This document shows, piece by piece, positions 21,961-32,517 of a DNA stretch of 64,000 nucleotides. Position 1 is the stretch's first letter. Each line of letters opens with the position of its first letter. The position numbers were made by a program, and so were the translations under genes. The notes under the pieces were generated by a model. The model did not search any database. It was not told the DNA's origin and worked only from the letters and a program-made list of their open reading frames with translations. The stretch lies in IMG/VR virus record IMGVR_UViG_3300044297_000138, positions 32,001 to 96,000 of that record; one strand, written 5' to 3'. This stretch comes from a virus. Its lineage: Duplodnaviria; Caudoviricetes.

Positions 21961-22833
21961 ATGGGTATTACGATAGGGCCAAATATTACAATAGGACCAA
22001 GAATTCTGATTGATGAAGTGCCAACAGGTCAAGCAGAATACACGACAGCCGGAACTTATACATGGACTGCACCAACGGGTGTAAAAAGTGTTTGTGTGGT
22101 CTGCGTTGGTGGAGGCGGTGGCGGTGGATGGAATACAGGTGCAAGTTATAGTGGCGGCGGTGGTGCTGGCGGCGGCCTTGGATGGAAAAATAATATAGCA
22201 GTAATCCCTGGACAAAGTTATACTGTTGTAGTAGGTGCCGCTGGCAGCGGCAAGAATGGCTCAAGTCCAGGAGGATTTGGAAGTCAAAAAGACGGTGATC
22301 CTGGCGGTAATAGTTACTTTATAAATTCCTCAACAGTTGCAGGCCTTGGCGGCGCCGGCGGCATGGGTCGGCACGATTCTACAACTGTTTCAGGTGGCAC
22401 TTATGTAGGTGATGGAGGAGGCAACGGTGGAGATACTCTTCCTGCTGCAAATCTAAACGGAAGCGCTGGAGCTGGTGGTTATTCTGGTAATGGTGGTGCC
22501 GGCTGTACTTCCGGAACCAGTGGTAACGGCAGTGGTGGAGGTGGAGGTGGTTCTCGGGATAAAGCCGGCGGGGGTGTAGGAATATATGGTCAAGGGACAA
22601 GTGGAAGTGTGGCTACCACTATAGGTGGTGGCGGCGGTTCTGGTGGCAGTGATGGTGGAACGGGAACTGGTAGTCTTGCTGGTTTCGGTGGAAGTTATGG
22701 TGGTGGCGGGGGAGGATTGAACACCAGCGATAGCACACCAAGTTATAAATCAGGCGATGGCGGCGGTGGAGCAGTACGTATTATTTGGGGCACAGGCCGA
22801 GCATTCCCATCTACACTCACAACAAATCAATAA
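21961..22833 (+). CDS. glycine-rich adhesin-like protein (family B)
   Basis: GTYTWTAP.GV.SVCVVCVG...GLGWKNNI...AVRIIWG.GRAFPST. Confidence 0.8.
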   Translation: MGITIGPNITIGPRILIDEVPTGQAEYTTAGTYTWTAPTGVKSVCVVCVGGGGGGGWNTGASYSGGGGAGGGLGWKNNIAVIPGQSYTVVVGAAGSGKNGSSPGGFGSQKDGDPGGNSYFINSSTVAGLGGAGGMGRHDSTTVSGGTYVGDGGGNGGDTLPAANLNGSAGAGGYSGNGGAGCTSGTSGNGSGGGGGGSRDKAGGGVGIYGQGTSGSVATTIGGGGGSGGSDGGTGTGSLAGFGGSYGGGGGGLNTSDSTPSYKSGDGGGGAVRIIWGTGRAFPSTLTTNQ

Positions 22834-22857
22834 CATAATTTATAATAGAAAAACAAT

Positions 22858-23691
22858 ATGCCTCTGACAATAGGTTCATCCATAACAATTGGTTCAAATA
22901 TAATTTTTGGAACTTTAAACGGACAAGCTGCATATACAACACCAGGAACTTATTCATGGACTGCACCAGCCGGAATTACCAGTGTTTGTGCGGTCTGTGT
23001 TGGTGCTGGTGGCGGAGGAGCAGGTAGTAACGGCGGAGGAGGTAGCTGGTCCGGTGGAGGCGGTGGCGGCCTTGGTTGGAAAAATAACATCTCTGTAACA
23101 CCCGGTCAATCTTATACTGTAGTGGTAGGCGCCGGTGGTACAGGAGGAAGCAATAGCGGTCAAGCTGGTAATGCTGGAGGAAATAGTTACTTTATTGACA
23201 CAAGTACTGTCGTTGGATTTGGTGGCACAGGCGGACCTAGAGGCGGAAGTGCTAGTGGCGGTTCTTATGTAGGTGATGGTGGCGGTGCTGGCGGTTCATC
23301 AAATGGTGGTCCTGCTGGCGGAGCAGGTGGATATTCTGGCGCAGGTGGAAATGCAACATCCAATGCTGCTTCAGGTTCTGGCGGCGGTGGCGGCGGTGGA
23401 TATAATGCAGTTGGTAGCGGTGGCGGCGGCGGCGGTGTAGGAATTTATGGCAAAGGATCAGACGGCACCGGTGCCGGTAATAGCGGCACCGCTATTATTC
23501 CCGGAGGCGGAGGAGGTTCGGGTGGCACAAACGGCGGAAGTGGTAGTTCTGTTACTAGTGATGGCGGTGTCTATGGCGCCGGAGGTGGCGGTTCCGGTTA
23601 TGCCTCGGGCGGCGTAGGTGGTGGTGGAGCCGTTCGTATCATTTGGGGTGCAGGCAGAGCTTTCCCATCCACACTTACAACAGATCAGTAA
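22858..23691 (+). CDS. glycine-rich adhesin-like protein (family B)
   Basis: Same family B motifs. Confidence 0.8.
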   Translation: MPLTIGSSITIGSNIIFGTLNGQAAYTTPGTYSWTAPAGITSVCAVCVGAGGGGAGSNGGGGSWSGGGGGGLGWKNNISVTPGQSYTVVVGAGGTGGSNSGQAGNAGGNSYFIDTSTVVGFGGTGGPRGGSASGGSYVGDGGGAGGSSNGGPAGGAGGYSGAGGNATSNAASGSGGGGGGGYNAVGSGGGGGGVGIYGKGSDGTGAGNSGTAIIPGGGGGSGGTNGGSGSSVTSDGGVYGAGGGGSGYASGGVGGGGAVRIIWGAGRAFPSTLTTDQ

Positions 23692-23715
23692 TATAAATTA
23701 TAATAAAAAACTAAT

Positions 23716-24681
23716 ATGGCTTTATCTTTTGGACCAGGAATTTCTATTGGACAATTAAATGTCAATATAACCTATGATCTTTCACCAATAGGTCAGGTTG
23801 CATACACGACACCAGGAACCTATTCATGGACAGCACCAGCAGGTGTTACAAGTGTTTGTGTAGTCTGTGTTGGTGGCGGCGGTAGTGGAGCATGGCAAAC
23901 CAATGCAATATCACCTCAAGGTGGATCAGGTGGAGGACTTGGTTGGAAAAATAATATTGCAGTTACTCCTGGACAAAGTTATACAGTAGTTGTTGGTGCT
24001 GGTGGAGCCGCAGTAAACAACACTAACGTTATTAGCCCTCCGTACAGCGGTTCATCAAGTGCCAGATATGGATTTAATGGAGGAGATAGTTATTTCATTG
24101 ATACTTCTACAGTTGCTGGATTTGCTGGTACAGGAGGACAAAGAGATTCAGGTACTAATATAACAGCATATGGTGGTGGTTATGTTGGTGATGGCGGCGG
24201 CAATGGTGGAAATTGTGCGCCTAATTCTGGATCTGGAGGTGGCAGCGGCGCAGGAGGATATGCTGGAAATGGAGGTAATGCTGGTTATACTCAAAGTTCT
24301 GCATCAAGTTATCTTAATTCTAGAGGATTAGCAGGAACAGGTGGTGCCGGTGGTGGCGGAGCTGTTGGTATTGTTGGTAATGGTGGCCAAGGTGGTGGTG
24401 GAGGCGGCGTAGGAATATACGGTCAAGGAAATTCAGGTGCTGCATCAAACTATGATTCAGTAAGTGGTTATGGAGGAAATGGTGGTAGTGGTGGTGGTAA
24501 TGGAACCACAGGAGCAACATCAAAAGGTGGTGATGGTGGTGGTTATGGAGCTGGTGGCGGCGCAATGAGAACTGGCAGCGGCACTCCACAATACTTATCT
24601 GGCGCTGGTGGTGGCGGAGCAGTACGAATTATTTGGGGACCAGGTAGAGCATTCCCATCTACACTCACAACAGACCAATAA
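23716..24681 (+). CDS. glycine-rich adhesin-like protein (family B)
   Basis: Same family B motifs. Confidence 0.8.
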   Translation: MALSFGPGISIGQLNVNITYDLSPIGQVAYTTPGTYSWTAPAGVTSVCVVCVGGGGSGAWQTNAISPQGGSGGGLGWKNNIAVTPGQSYTVVVGAGGAAVNNTNVISPPYSGSSSARYGFNGGDSYFIDTSTVAGFAGTGGQRDSGTNITAYGGGYVGDGGGNGGNCAPNSGSGGGSGAGGYAGNGGNAGYTQSSASSYLNSRGLAGTGGAGGGGAVGIVGNGGQGGGGGGVGIYGQGNSGAASNYDSVSGYGGNGGSGGGNGTTGATSKGGDGGGYGAGGGAMRTGSGTPQYLSGAGGGGAVRIIWGPGRAFPSTLTTDQ

Positions 24682-24740
24682 TAAAAACCATATTTGGATT
24701 TAAACCTAAATAGTTTAATACATTTGGGGATAATCAAAAC

Positions 24741-25514
24741 ATGTCTACAATTACAACAAGAACACAATTTAAAGATTATTGTTTACGCCGTCTTGGATTT
24801 CCAGTAATTGATATCAACGTAGATGATGACCAGGTGGATGATCGTATTGATGATGCCATTCAATATTGGCAAGATTACCATTTTGATGGTATGCAAAAAG
24901 TATATTACATTCACACCGTAACACAAGAAGATATTGACAACAAATATCTTGATATGTCTAACATCACAGACACATCAAATAACGCAACAACAGTTCTTGG
25001 TGTAACAAGAATGTTTCCAATTCAAGATTCTCAAGCAACAATCAACATGTTTGATTTGAGATACCAGTTACGTTTGAATGAATTGTACGACTTCACATCG
25101 GCTTCATACATCAACTACACACTCACACAACAACATCTGCGTTCATTGGAAATTATGTTTACTGGTGAAACACCAATTCGTTTCCAAAGACACATGCAAA
25201 GATTGTTTATTGATTGGGCTTGGGGTTCATCACAGGCACCAGTCGGAACAGTTTCAGTATTAGAGTGTTATACAACATTAAATCCGGATTTTTATGGCCA
25301 AGTATACAATGATCGTTGGCTAAAAGAATATGCAACAGAATTGATTCGTAAACAATGGGGTTCCAATCTTAAAAAGTTTGGTGGAATTCAACTGCCTGGT
25401 GGTGTGGTACTGAATGGCGATAAAATTTATGAAGATGCTGAAACAGAAATTCGCCGTTTAGAACAAGAGATGGAAAACAATTACGGCGGTGTATTGGAAT
25501 TCTTCCTGAACTAA
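24741..25514 (+). CDS. gp13: neck protein gp13
   Basis: KDYCLRRLGFPVIDINVDDDQ...QWGSNLKKFGGIQLPGGV.LNG; synteny. Confidence 0.93.
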   Translation: MSTITTRTQFKDYCLRRLGFPVIDINVDDDQVDDRIDDAIQYWQDYHFDGMQKVYYIHTVTQEDIDNKYLDMSNITDTSNNATTVLGVTRMFPIQDSQATINMFDLRYQLRLNELYDFTSASYINYTLTQQHLRSLEIMFTGETPIRFQRHMQRLFIDWAWGSSQAPVGTVSVLECYTTLNPDFYGQVYNDRWLKEYATELIRKQWGSNLKKFGGIQLPGGVVLNGDKIYEDAETEIRRLEQEMENNYGGVLEFFLN

Positions 25515-25515
25515 T

Positions 25516-26406
25516 ATGGCAACATCAGTATATTTTAATAACTACAACTCCGCAAAAGAACAACATGTTGTGGAGGACTTGATTGTTGAATCAATCAAGA
25601 TTATGGGTTTTGACGCCTATTACATTCCTATTTTCAACGAAGAAGATAGAGACATTCTTTATGGTGAAGATCCGGTTAAGAAATTTAAATCGGCTTTCCC
25701 TGTTGAAATGTATTTGTCAAGTGCATTAGAATACGGTGGCGAAAGAGAATTCTTCTCCAAGTTTGGTTTAGAAATTAAAAATAATATAACTGTTATTCTT
25801 TCTAAACGTTCTTTTTCACAAAGAGTACCACAAGAACACTTCACAAGACCAAGAGAAGGTGATTTGATTTATGTTCCTTTCTTGTATGGTACTGGTGAAA
25901 TGTTTGAAATTAAATTTGCCGACCACACGAAAGACTTCTTTACATTAGGTCGCAAAATTCCATATTTCTATGAATTGCAACTAGAGAAGTTCAAGTATTC
26001 ACAAGAAGTTGTGGATACTGGTGTTGATGTTATTGATGATATAGTTACTCAATCTAGTTACACGATTGAACTGAATGTTGTTGATGGTGCAAATAATTAT
26101 ACACAAAGAGAAATTGTTTATCAGGCACCAGATTTAACACATGCAAACGCTACTGTTGTTGCTATCGTACAAAGTTGGAAGAATTATGCAAACGGCCAAG
26201 GCTTATTGAGTGTTACAAATATCTCAGGTGAATTTGTTGACGGTCTACCAATTGTTGGTGCAGATAGCCAAACAAATTGGATTTTAGATAATTATGACCA
26301 TCTAAAAGACAGTACCAGAAACGAAACATACGACAACATGTATATGGATAATCAGGCAAACAATATCATTGATTTTACGGAAATTAATCCATTTGGAAAA
26401 ATTTAA
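25516..26406 (+). CDS. gp14: neck protein gp14
   Basis: EDLIVESIKIMG...FSKFGLEI...RPREGDLIY; ends INPFG. Confidence 0.92.
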   Translation: MATSVYFNNYNSAKEQHVVEDLIVESIKIMGFDAYYIPIFNEEDRDILYGEDPVKKFKSAFPVEMYLSSALEYGGEREFFSKFGLEIKNNITVILSKRSFSQRVPQEHFTRPREGDLIYVPFLYGTGEMFEIKFADHTKDFFTLGRKIPYFYELQLEKFKYSQEVVDTGVDVIDDIVTQSSYTIELNVVDGANNYTQREIVYQAPDLTHANATVVAIVQSWKNYANGQGLLSVTNISGEFVDGLPIVGADSQTNWILDNYDHLKDSTRNETYDNMYMDNQANNIIDFTEINPFGKI

Positions 26407-27437
26407 TGGCAGCAATACAATATAACCGAATCATTCGTAAATTGGTTGTAGGTTTTGGCAACCTATTCAACGATATAAAATTGGTCAGATATAATCCAGA
26501 TTTGACTGAAGCGGAACGTTTTCTAATTCCTATTGCATATGCAACCAAGGAAAGATATGTCATGCGTTTGGAAGATGACTTGAATTTAGATAAAAAGGTT
26601 CAAGTGGCATTACCAAGAATGTCTTTTGAAATGACAGGTATGAATTATGATACATCAAGAAAACAAAACACAAATATAAGAAATTATACACAAACAGCAA
26701 ATGGTGCTGTTGGCCAATATAATCCTGTACCATATGATTTTGATTTTAGTTTGTATCTATATGTCAGAAACATAGAAGATGCAACACAAGTATTGGAACA
26801 TGTTTTGCCATTCTTCACACCAGATTATACGATGAAGTTAAATTTGATTCCTGAAATGGGTGTGGTGAAAGAAGTGCCTGTTATATTCAAAGATGCAGAC
26901 CATGAAATCATTTATGAAGGTGATCGTAATCAAGAAACCAGAATGATTATTTGGACACTTAGATTTACCGTCAAGGGTTTCATATATGGAAAAACATCAA
27001 GTGCAAACATTATAACACATTCAATCACCAACATATACAATAAAATATCACCAGACGATGTAATATCATTTACTGTTGATCCAAATTCAGGTGCTGGAAA
27101 TTATCAAGCCGGTGAAATAGTATATCAAGGTTACTCTTATCAAACAAGTACAGCATCAGCAAGAGTTGTTTCTTGGAATAATAATACACTAAGATTGACA
27201 GATATAAATGGAAACTTTGTTTCTGATTCTCCTATATACGGCATAAACAATTTGGCAAACTATATGTTTGTTTCATACACACCAGAAACATTTGAATATG
27301 CAAGAATTGATGCATATGCAAATCAACCACCGGTTGTTAAGATTGATGATACAGAATATACGATGGATAATTCCAATACACATATAACAATGGATAAGAT
27401 TAACACACCATCCGTAACGATAACAGAGAGCAATTAA
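26406..27437 (+). CDS. gp15: tail sheath stabiliser/terminator gp15
   Basis: FGNLFNDI...IPIAYA.KE...LPRMSFE...PVPY...QVLEHVLPFFTP. Confidence 0.92.
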   Translation: MAAIQYNRIIRKLVVGFGNLFNDIKLVRYNPDLTEAERFLIPIAYATKERYVMRLEDDLNLDKKVQVALPRMSFEMTGMNYDTSRKQNTNIRNYTQTANGAVGQYNPVPYDFDFSLYLYVRNIEDATQVLEHVLPFFTPDYTMKLNLIPEMGVVKEVPVIFKDADHEIIYEGDRNQETRMIIWTLRFTVKGFIYGKTSSANIITHSITNIYNKISPDDVISFTVDPNSGAGNYQAGEIVYQGYSYQTSTASARVVSWNNNTLRLTDINGNFVSDSPIYGINNLANYMFVSYTPETFEYARIDAYANQPPVVKIDDTEYTMDNSNTHITMDKINTPSVTITESN

Positions 27438-27438
27438 A

Positions 27439-27999
27439 ATGGCAAAACAAACAATCAATGTCGGATCAGCCGCTAATGATGGGACAGGAGATACACTTAG
27501 AGCTGCTGCACAAAAAGTCAATTCAAACTTTACCGAAGTTTATGCAACTTCACAAGCATCTTTTGAGAAAGCAAATACAGCAAGTGATGCAGTAAACAAT
27601 TTATCACCAAAAGTTCAGCTTGCATGGAATACCGCAAATGCAGCTTTTGAAACAGCAAATACAAATTCATCATATAAAAATATTTTGATCGTAACAGACC
27701 CAGGAACAACAACACTAAATGAACAAGACCAAATTGTTTTTTGTGATGTAAATGCGGCTGGTGATAATATCAGTATATCTTTACCAACATCACCAATCGT
27801 TGGCCAGGAAATAACAATTAAAAATATTAATACTGATGGTAATGTGGCTTATGTTCAATGTAATATTAGTCAAAGTATTGAGTTATTGAATCATAGTATT
27901 GTTTCTGGTGGTTATGAAACGCTTCCACAAACAGGACATGCAGCAACTTGGATTTGGGATGGTTCTACATGGAGAATTATTAATTATTTTACTGGTTAA
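27439..27999 (+). CDS. structural protein with gp9/gp10-like N-terminus
   Basis: MAKQTINVG..ANDGTGDTLR...KVN.NF.E motif. Confidence 0.7.
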   Translation: MAKQTINVGSAANDGTGDTLRAAAQKVNSNFTEVYATSQASFEKANTASDAVNNLSPKVQLAWNTANAAFETANTNSSYKNILIVTDPGTTTLNEQDQIVFCDVNAAGDNISISLPTSPIVGQEITIKNINTDGNVAYVQCNISQSIELLNHSIVSGGYETLPQTGHAATWIWDGSTWRIINYFTG

Positions 28000-28002
28000 T
28001 AT

Positions 28003-28416
28003 ATGAATACATTTGATAAAAATATGGAAAAGATTTTTGATGTGGCACCAGTTGAACAAAAAGAACAACCTTTGGTGCCAATATCAAAATCTGCGGTAAA
28101 TGAATCTGATTTAAAACAAGATTTAAAAGACGCATACGATCAAACAAAATCAAACCTACAAGATTTGATTGACAACGGTAAAGATGCAATGGAAGAATTG
28201 CGTCAGATTGCCAGTTCTGGCCAACATCCAAGAGCATTTGAAGTATATGCAACACTACTAAAGAATGTGGTAGATGCAAACAAAGAACTATTAAATGTTC
28301 AAAAACAAATGCGTGATATGGATGGCAAGAAAAAAGATGGCGATACCAGAATTGACAAGGCCATTTTTATTGGTTCTACCGCAGAGTTAAGTAAACTCGT
28401 TAAAGGTAAAGAATGA
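28003..28416 (+). CDS. gp16: terminase small subunit gp16
   Basis: HPRAFEVYATL...IFIGSTAEL; directly upstream of gp17. Confidence 0.9.
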   Translation: MNTFDKNMEKIFDVAPVEQKEQPLVPISKSAVNESDLKQDLKDAYDQTKSNLQDLIDNGKDAMEELRQIASSGQHPRAFEVYATLLKNVVDANKELLNVQKQMRDMDGKKKDGDTRIDKAIFIGSTAELSKLVKGKE

Positions 28417-30125
28417 GTGTTGATATTGAGATTGAAGATTTTGAGATAGATTCTAAAGAAACCTATCGTGACAATCCTTTGCTTAAGAAAGCGGGAGTTA
28501 AACTTGAATACACACAAGAACAAGTTGATGAGTATATCAAGTGTGCAAAAGATCCAATTTACTTTGCCGAAAATTATGTAACGATTGTTAACGTTGACGT
28601 TGGCTTAATGAAGTTCAAAATGTGGGACTTCCAAAAAGAAATGATTAAGGTTTACCATGAAAATCGTTTCTCAATCACCAAATGTCCTCGTCAGGTCGGT
28701 AAAACTACCACATCGGTTGCATATCTTCTTTGGCTAACACTCTTTACAGACACACAAAACGTTGCAGTTTTGGCCAACAAAGGTTCTTTAGCTAGAGATA
28801 TTCTAGGTAAATACCAACTTGCATATGAAAATTTACCTATGTTCTTGCAACAAGGTGTTGTGGTATGGAATAAAGGTAACGTAGAACTAGAAAACGGTTC
28901 AAAGATTATTGCAGCCTCTACATCATCAAGTGCAATCCGAGGTGGTTCTTTTAACCTGGTATTCTTGGACGAATTTGCGTTCGTTCCAAATAACATTGCT
29001 GAAGAATTCTTTAACTCAGTTTACCCTGTAATTTCATCAGGTAAAACGTCAAAGATTATTATTGTGTCTACACCAAACGGTATGAATCTGTTCTACAAGT
29101 TGTGGATGGATGCAATCAATAAGAAAAATAATTATAAGACCTTTGAGATTCATTGGTCTATGGTACCTGGTCGTGATGAGGCCTGGAAAGAAGAAACCAT
29201 TCGCAATACATCCGAACGACAATTCAGACAGGAATTTGAGACCGAGTTCTTAGGTTCATCCAACACATTGATTTCTGGTTATAAACTTCAGACCATGGTA
29301 TACCGTGATCCAGTTGTGATACATGATAGTCTAAGAATCTATGAACAACCAATCAAAGAAGGCGTCAATGAATCTAAATCCGACCATCTATATTGTATCT
29401 GTGTAGATGTATCGGAAGGTAAAAACTTGGACTGTTCTGCATTTCAGGTGATTGATATTTCACAAACACCTTACCGACAGGTGGCATCATATAATTCATC
29501 ATCAATAACACCAATTCTTTTCCCAACAGTCATTTATAATACCGCAAGATTGTACAATGATGCATATGTTTTGGTAGAAATCAATAACAATCCACAGGTT
29601 GCAGATTCTTTACATGCAGATTTTGAATATGAGAACTTATGGAAAGTTTATACCGGTAACAAAAAACCACAACAGTTGAGTGCCGGCTTTGCCCGTGGTA
29701 TTCAAATGGGTTTAAAAATGTCGCCGCAGGTCAAAGCCATTGGTTGTTCAAACCTTAAAACTTTGATAGAAGGCGACAAACTTTCGGTATGTGACTTTGA
29801 TACCTATTCAGAACTAACAACATTTGAACAACAAAAGAATTCTTTTAAGGCAGCCGATGGTGCCCATGATGATTTGGTTATGAGTCTTGTTATTTTTGCA
29901 TGGGTTTCAACGCAACAATACTTCAAAGAAATTGTTAATCACGATATTCGTAAACAAATCCAGTTGGAACAAATGAACCAAATGGATGAAAACATACTTC
30001 CTGCACCAATTATTGATGATGGATTAGAAACTCCATTTGAAATTATGGGTGGTGATATATGGGAAGTGGCCAATGGCGGCGATACCTATGCAAGTTTTAT
30101 AAGAGAACGACTGAATAATTTGTAA
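28413..30125 (+). CDS. gp17: terminase large subunit gp17
   Basis: RQVGKTT Walker A; FLDEFAF; STPNG; HDDLVM. Confidence 0.97.
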   Translation: MSVDIEIEDFEIDSKETYRDNPLLKKAGVKLEYTQEQVDEYIKCAKDPIYFAENYVTIVNVDVGLMKFKMWDFQKEMIKVYHENRFSITKCPRQVGKTTTSVAYLLWLTLFTDTQNVAVLANKGSLARDILGKYQLAYENLPMFLQQGVVVWNKGNVELENGSKIIAASTSSSAIRGGSFNLVFLDEFAFVPNNIAEEFFNSVYPVISSGKTSKIIIVSTPNGMNLFYKLWMDAINKKNNYKTFEIHWSMVPGRDEAWKEETIRNTSERQFRQEFETEFLGSSNTLISGYKLQTMVYRDPVVIHDSLRIYEQPIKEGVNESKSDHLYCICVDVSEGKNLDCSAFQVIDISQTPYRQVASYNSSSITPILFPTVIYNTARLYNDAYVLVEINNNPQVADSLHADFEYENLWKVYTGNKKPQQLSAGFARGIQMGLKMSPQVKAIGCSNLKTLIEGDKLSVCDFDTYSELTTFEQQKNSFKAADGAHDDLVMSLVIFAWVSTQQYFKEIVNHDIRKQIQLEQMNQMDENILPAPIIDDGLETPFEIMGGDIWEVANGGDTYASFIRERLNNL

Positions 30126-30195
30126 ATTCAGCCTTTCATAAATATTCTTTATGGTATTCTACTGCCAAGAAACATAATAAATCAAGGAGAATAAA

Positions 30196-31881
30196 ATGGC
30201 ATTTCAAATCTCTCCAGGCGTAAACGTATCAGAAGTTGATCTAACAACCGTTGTTCCTTCTGTGCTTACTACCGCTGGCGCATTAGCTGGAAAATTTAAT
30301 TGGGGTCCAGCCAATCAAGTAAAATTGATTGATAGTGAAATTACTTTAATAAAAACTTTTGGTCAACCAACCACAACTAGTGCAACATCTTTCTTTACAG
30401 CTTCAAACTTCCTTTCTTATGGTAATAATTTGAGTGTTGTAAGAGCAATCAACGCATCATCAAAAAATGCTGATGCGATTGGATCATCAAATGTTCAAGT
30501 TGCAAATGATGACGTTTTCCAATATACATATTTGAATTCAAACAATTCAAATGCTCACGGCGCTTTCATGGCACGTTGTGCTGGTGCTTTAGGTAATGGA
30601 TTGTTTATTTCCGTTTGTGACAATTCAACAGATTTTGCCACATGGACATACAAAAGTTATTTCCAAAGTGCTCCAGGAACATCAACTCAAGTTTCTGCGG
30701 CTGGCGGTTCAAACGATGAAATGCACATTGTTGTTGTTGACGGTTCTGGAAATTTTGGTACCAAAAATGCTGTCTTAGAAACATTTGCTTTTGTTTCTAA
30801 GGCTTCAGATGCATCAAATAATGGAACTTCAAACTACTACAAACAAGTGGTATTTGAACAATCTAAGTATGTTTTTGCCGCTGATCCAGCAGATTATACC
30901 AATACAAATAGTACCTGGGGTGGAAATTCAACAACTAGTTTTGCACAGTTGAATGGTGTTAAAACTTTCACTCTTGCTGGCGGTACAGATGTTACTGTAA
31001 CAAATGGTGATTTGGAATCAGCTTATGATCTATTTGCAAATAAAGATACAACCGATATTTCTTTAATTCTAACCGCTGATGCAGCAACCGCTGTTCAAAA
31101 CTATGTTATTTCTAATATCAGTTCTGTTCGTGGAGATTGCGTAACATTCATTTCTCCTCCACAATCAGCTGTCATCAATAACGGCGGAAGCGAAACATCC
31201 GCTATTTCAACATGGTTAACAAGCCTAGGAACAACTTCTTCTTTTGCGGTTGCAGATTCTGGTTGGAAATACCAATACGACAAATACAATAATGTATATC
31301 GTTGGATTCCATTGAACGGTGATATCGCAGGTCTATGTGTTTACACAGATACAACCCGTGATCCATGGTTCTCTCCTGCTGGTTTCAATCGTGGCCAAGT
31401 CAAGAATTGCATCAAACTATCATGGAATCCTTCTAAAACACAAAGAGATGTATTGTATGGTGCAGGTGTAAACCCAGTTGTTTCATTCCCAGGACAAGGT
31501 ACAGTTCTATTTGGTGACAAGACATTGTTGAACAAACCAAATGCATTTGATCGTATCAATGTTCGTAGATTGTTTATCGTTCTAGAAAAAGCAATCGCTC
31601 GTGCAGCACAATCTTCATTGTTTGAAATCAATGACGAATTCACAAGAGCACAGTTTATTTCTTTGATTACACCATTCTTGCGTGACGTACAAGGTCGCCG
31701 TGGTATCACAGACTTTAAGGTTGTTTGCGATACAACAAACAACACACCACAAGTTATTGATTCTAACCAGTTTGTTGGTGATATTTACATTAAGCCCGCT
31801 CGTTCAATTAATTTCATTCAGTTGAACTTTGTTGCTGTTGGTACTGGTGTTGATTTTGCCACAATCGTTGGTGCAGTCTAA
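30196..31881 (+). CDS. gp18: tail sheath protein gp18
   Basis: SPGVNVSEVD; PWFSPAGFNRG; FDRINVRRLF. Confidence 0.97.
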   Translation: MAFQISPGVNVSEVDLTTVVPSVLTTAGALAGKFNWGPANQVKLIDSEITLIKTFGQPTTTSATSFFTASNFLSYGNNLSVVRAINASSKNADAIGSSNVQVANDDVFQYTYLNSNNSNAHGAFMARCAGALGNGLFISVCDNSTDFATWTYKSYFQSAPGTSTQVSAAGGSNDEMHIVVVDGSGNFGTKNAVLETFAFVSKASDASNNGTSNYYKQVVFEQSKYVFAADPADYTNTNSTWGGNSTTSFAQLNGVKTFTLAGGTDVTVTNGDLESAYDLFANKDTTDISLILTADAATAVQNYVISNISSVRGDCVTFISPPQSAVINNGGSETSAISTWLTSLGTTSSFAVADSGWKYQYDKYNNVYRWIPLNGDIAGLCVYTDTTRDPWFSPAGFNRGQVKNCIKLSWNPSKTQRDVLYGAGVNPVVSFPGQGTVLFGDKTLLNKPNAFDRINVRRLFIVLEKAIARAAQSSLFEINDEFTRAQFISLITPFLRDVQGRRGITDFKVVCDTTNNTPQVIDSNQFVGDIYIKPARSINFIQLNFVAVGTGVDFATIVGAV

Positions 31882-31906
31882 TAAATAAACCAAATAGGAG
31901 AATACA

Positions 31907-32452
31907 ATGGCATTCAACGTAGCAGAATTTAGAAGTCAGATGGCAGGTGACGGCGCTCGTCCTAATCTGTTCTCTGTTTCTTTGACATTCCCACAGTTTG
32001 TTACTGGTGGTGTCGATGCAAGCAGAAAAGTGACTTTCATGGCCAAAGCCGCACAATTACCAGGTTCATCAATGGGACAAGTTCCGGTCTATTACTTTGG
32101 CCGTGAAATGAAGTTTGTTGGTAACAGAAGTTTCGCTGATTGGACAATCACCATCATCAACGATGAAGATTTTACCATTCGTAACACAGTAGAAAAATGG
32201 ATGAATAGTTTGAACAGTCATGCAGGTAACGTTCGTGACCAAAATGCAAAACTACCAAGCAATTATTCCGTTGACGCTGAAGTTATTCAATACGGCAAAA
32301 CCGGTAGTGAACTAAAGAAATACAACTTTGTGGGATTGTTCCCTGTTGATTTAACACCAATCGCTCTTGATTGGGGTTCAAATGATACCATTGAAGAATT
32401 TGATGTGACATTTGCTTATCAATATTGGACAACAGCAGATACCACAAGCTGA
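31907..32452 (+). CDS. gp19: tail tube protein gp19
   Basis: GARPNLF...G.R.FADWTITIINDEDF...IEEFDVTF. Confidence 0.95.
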   Translation: MAFNVAEFRSQMAGDGARPNLFSVSLTFPQFVTGGVDASRKVTFMAKAAQLPGSSMGQVPVYYFGREMKFVGNRSFADWTITIINDEDFTIRNTVEKWMNSLNSHAGNVRDQNAKLPSNYSVDAEVIQYGKTGSELKKYNFVGLFPVDLTPIALDWGSNDTIEEFDVTFAYQYWTTADTTS

Positions 32453-32460
32453 TAAATTAT

Positions 32461-32490
32461 GGAGGGCTTCGGCCCTCCTTTATGTTTTTT
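32461..32490 (+). terminator. intrinsic terminator after gp19
   Basis: GGAGGGC-TTCG-GCCCTCC followed by a T-rich tail. Confidence 0.85.
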
Positions 32491-32517
32491 TGACTTTGTA
32501 ATTAGATAAAAGAAAAT

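Noticed and set aside
14672-24589. Many alternative-frame and antisense ORFs (Pro-, His- or Val-rich)
   Set aside because: By-products of GGN codon runs; they lack RBSs and overlap clear genes.
14356-24681. Diversity-generating retroelement or invertase shufflon for the adhesin array
   Set aside because: No reverse transcriptase, recombinase, inverted cassettes or adenine-specific TR/VR pair seen in the window.
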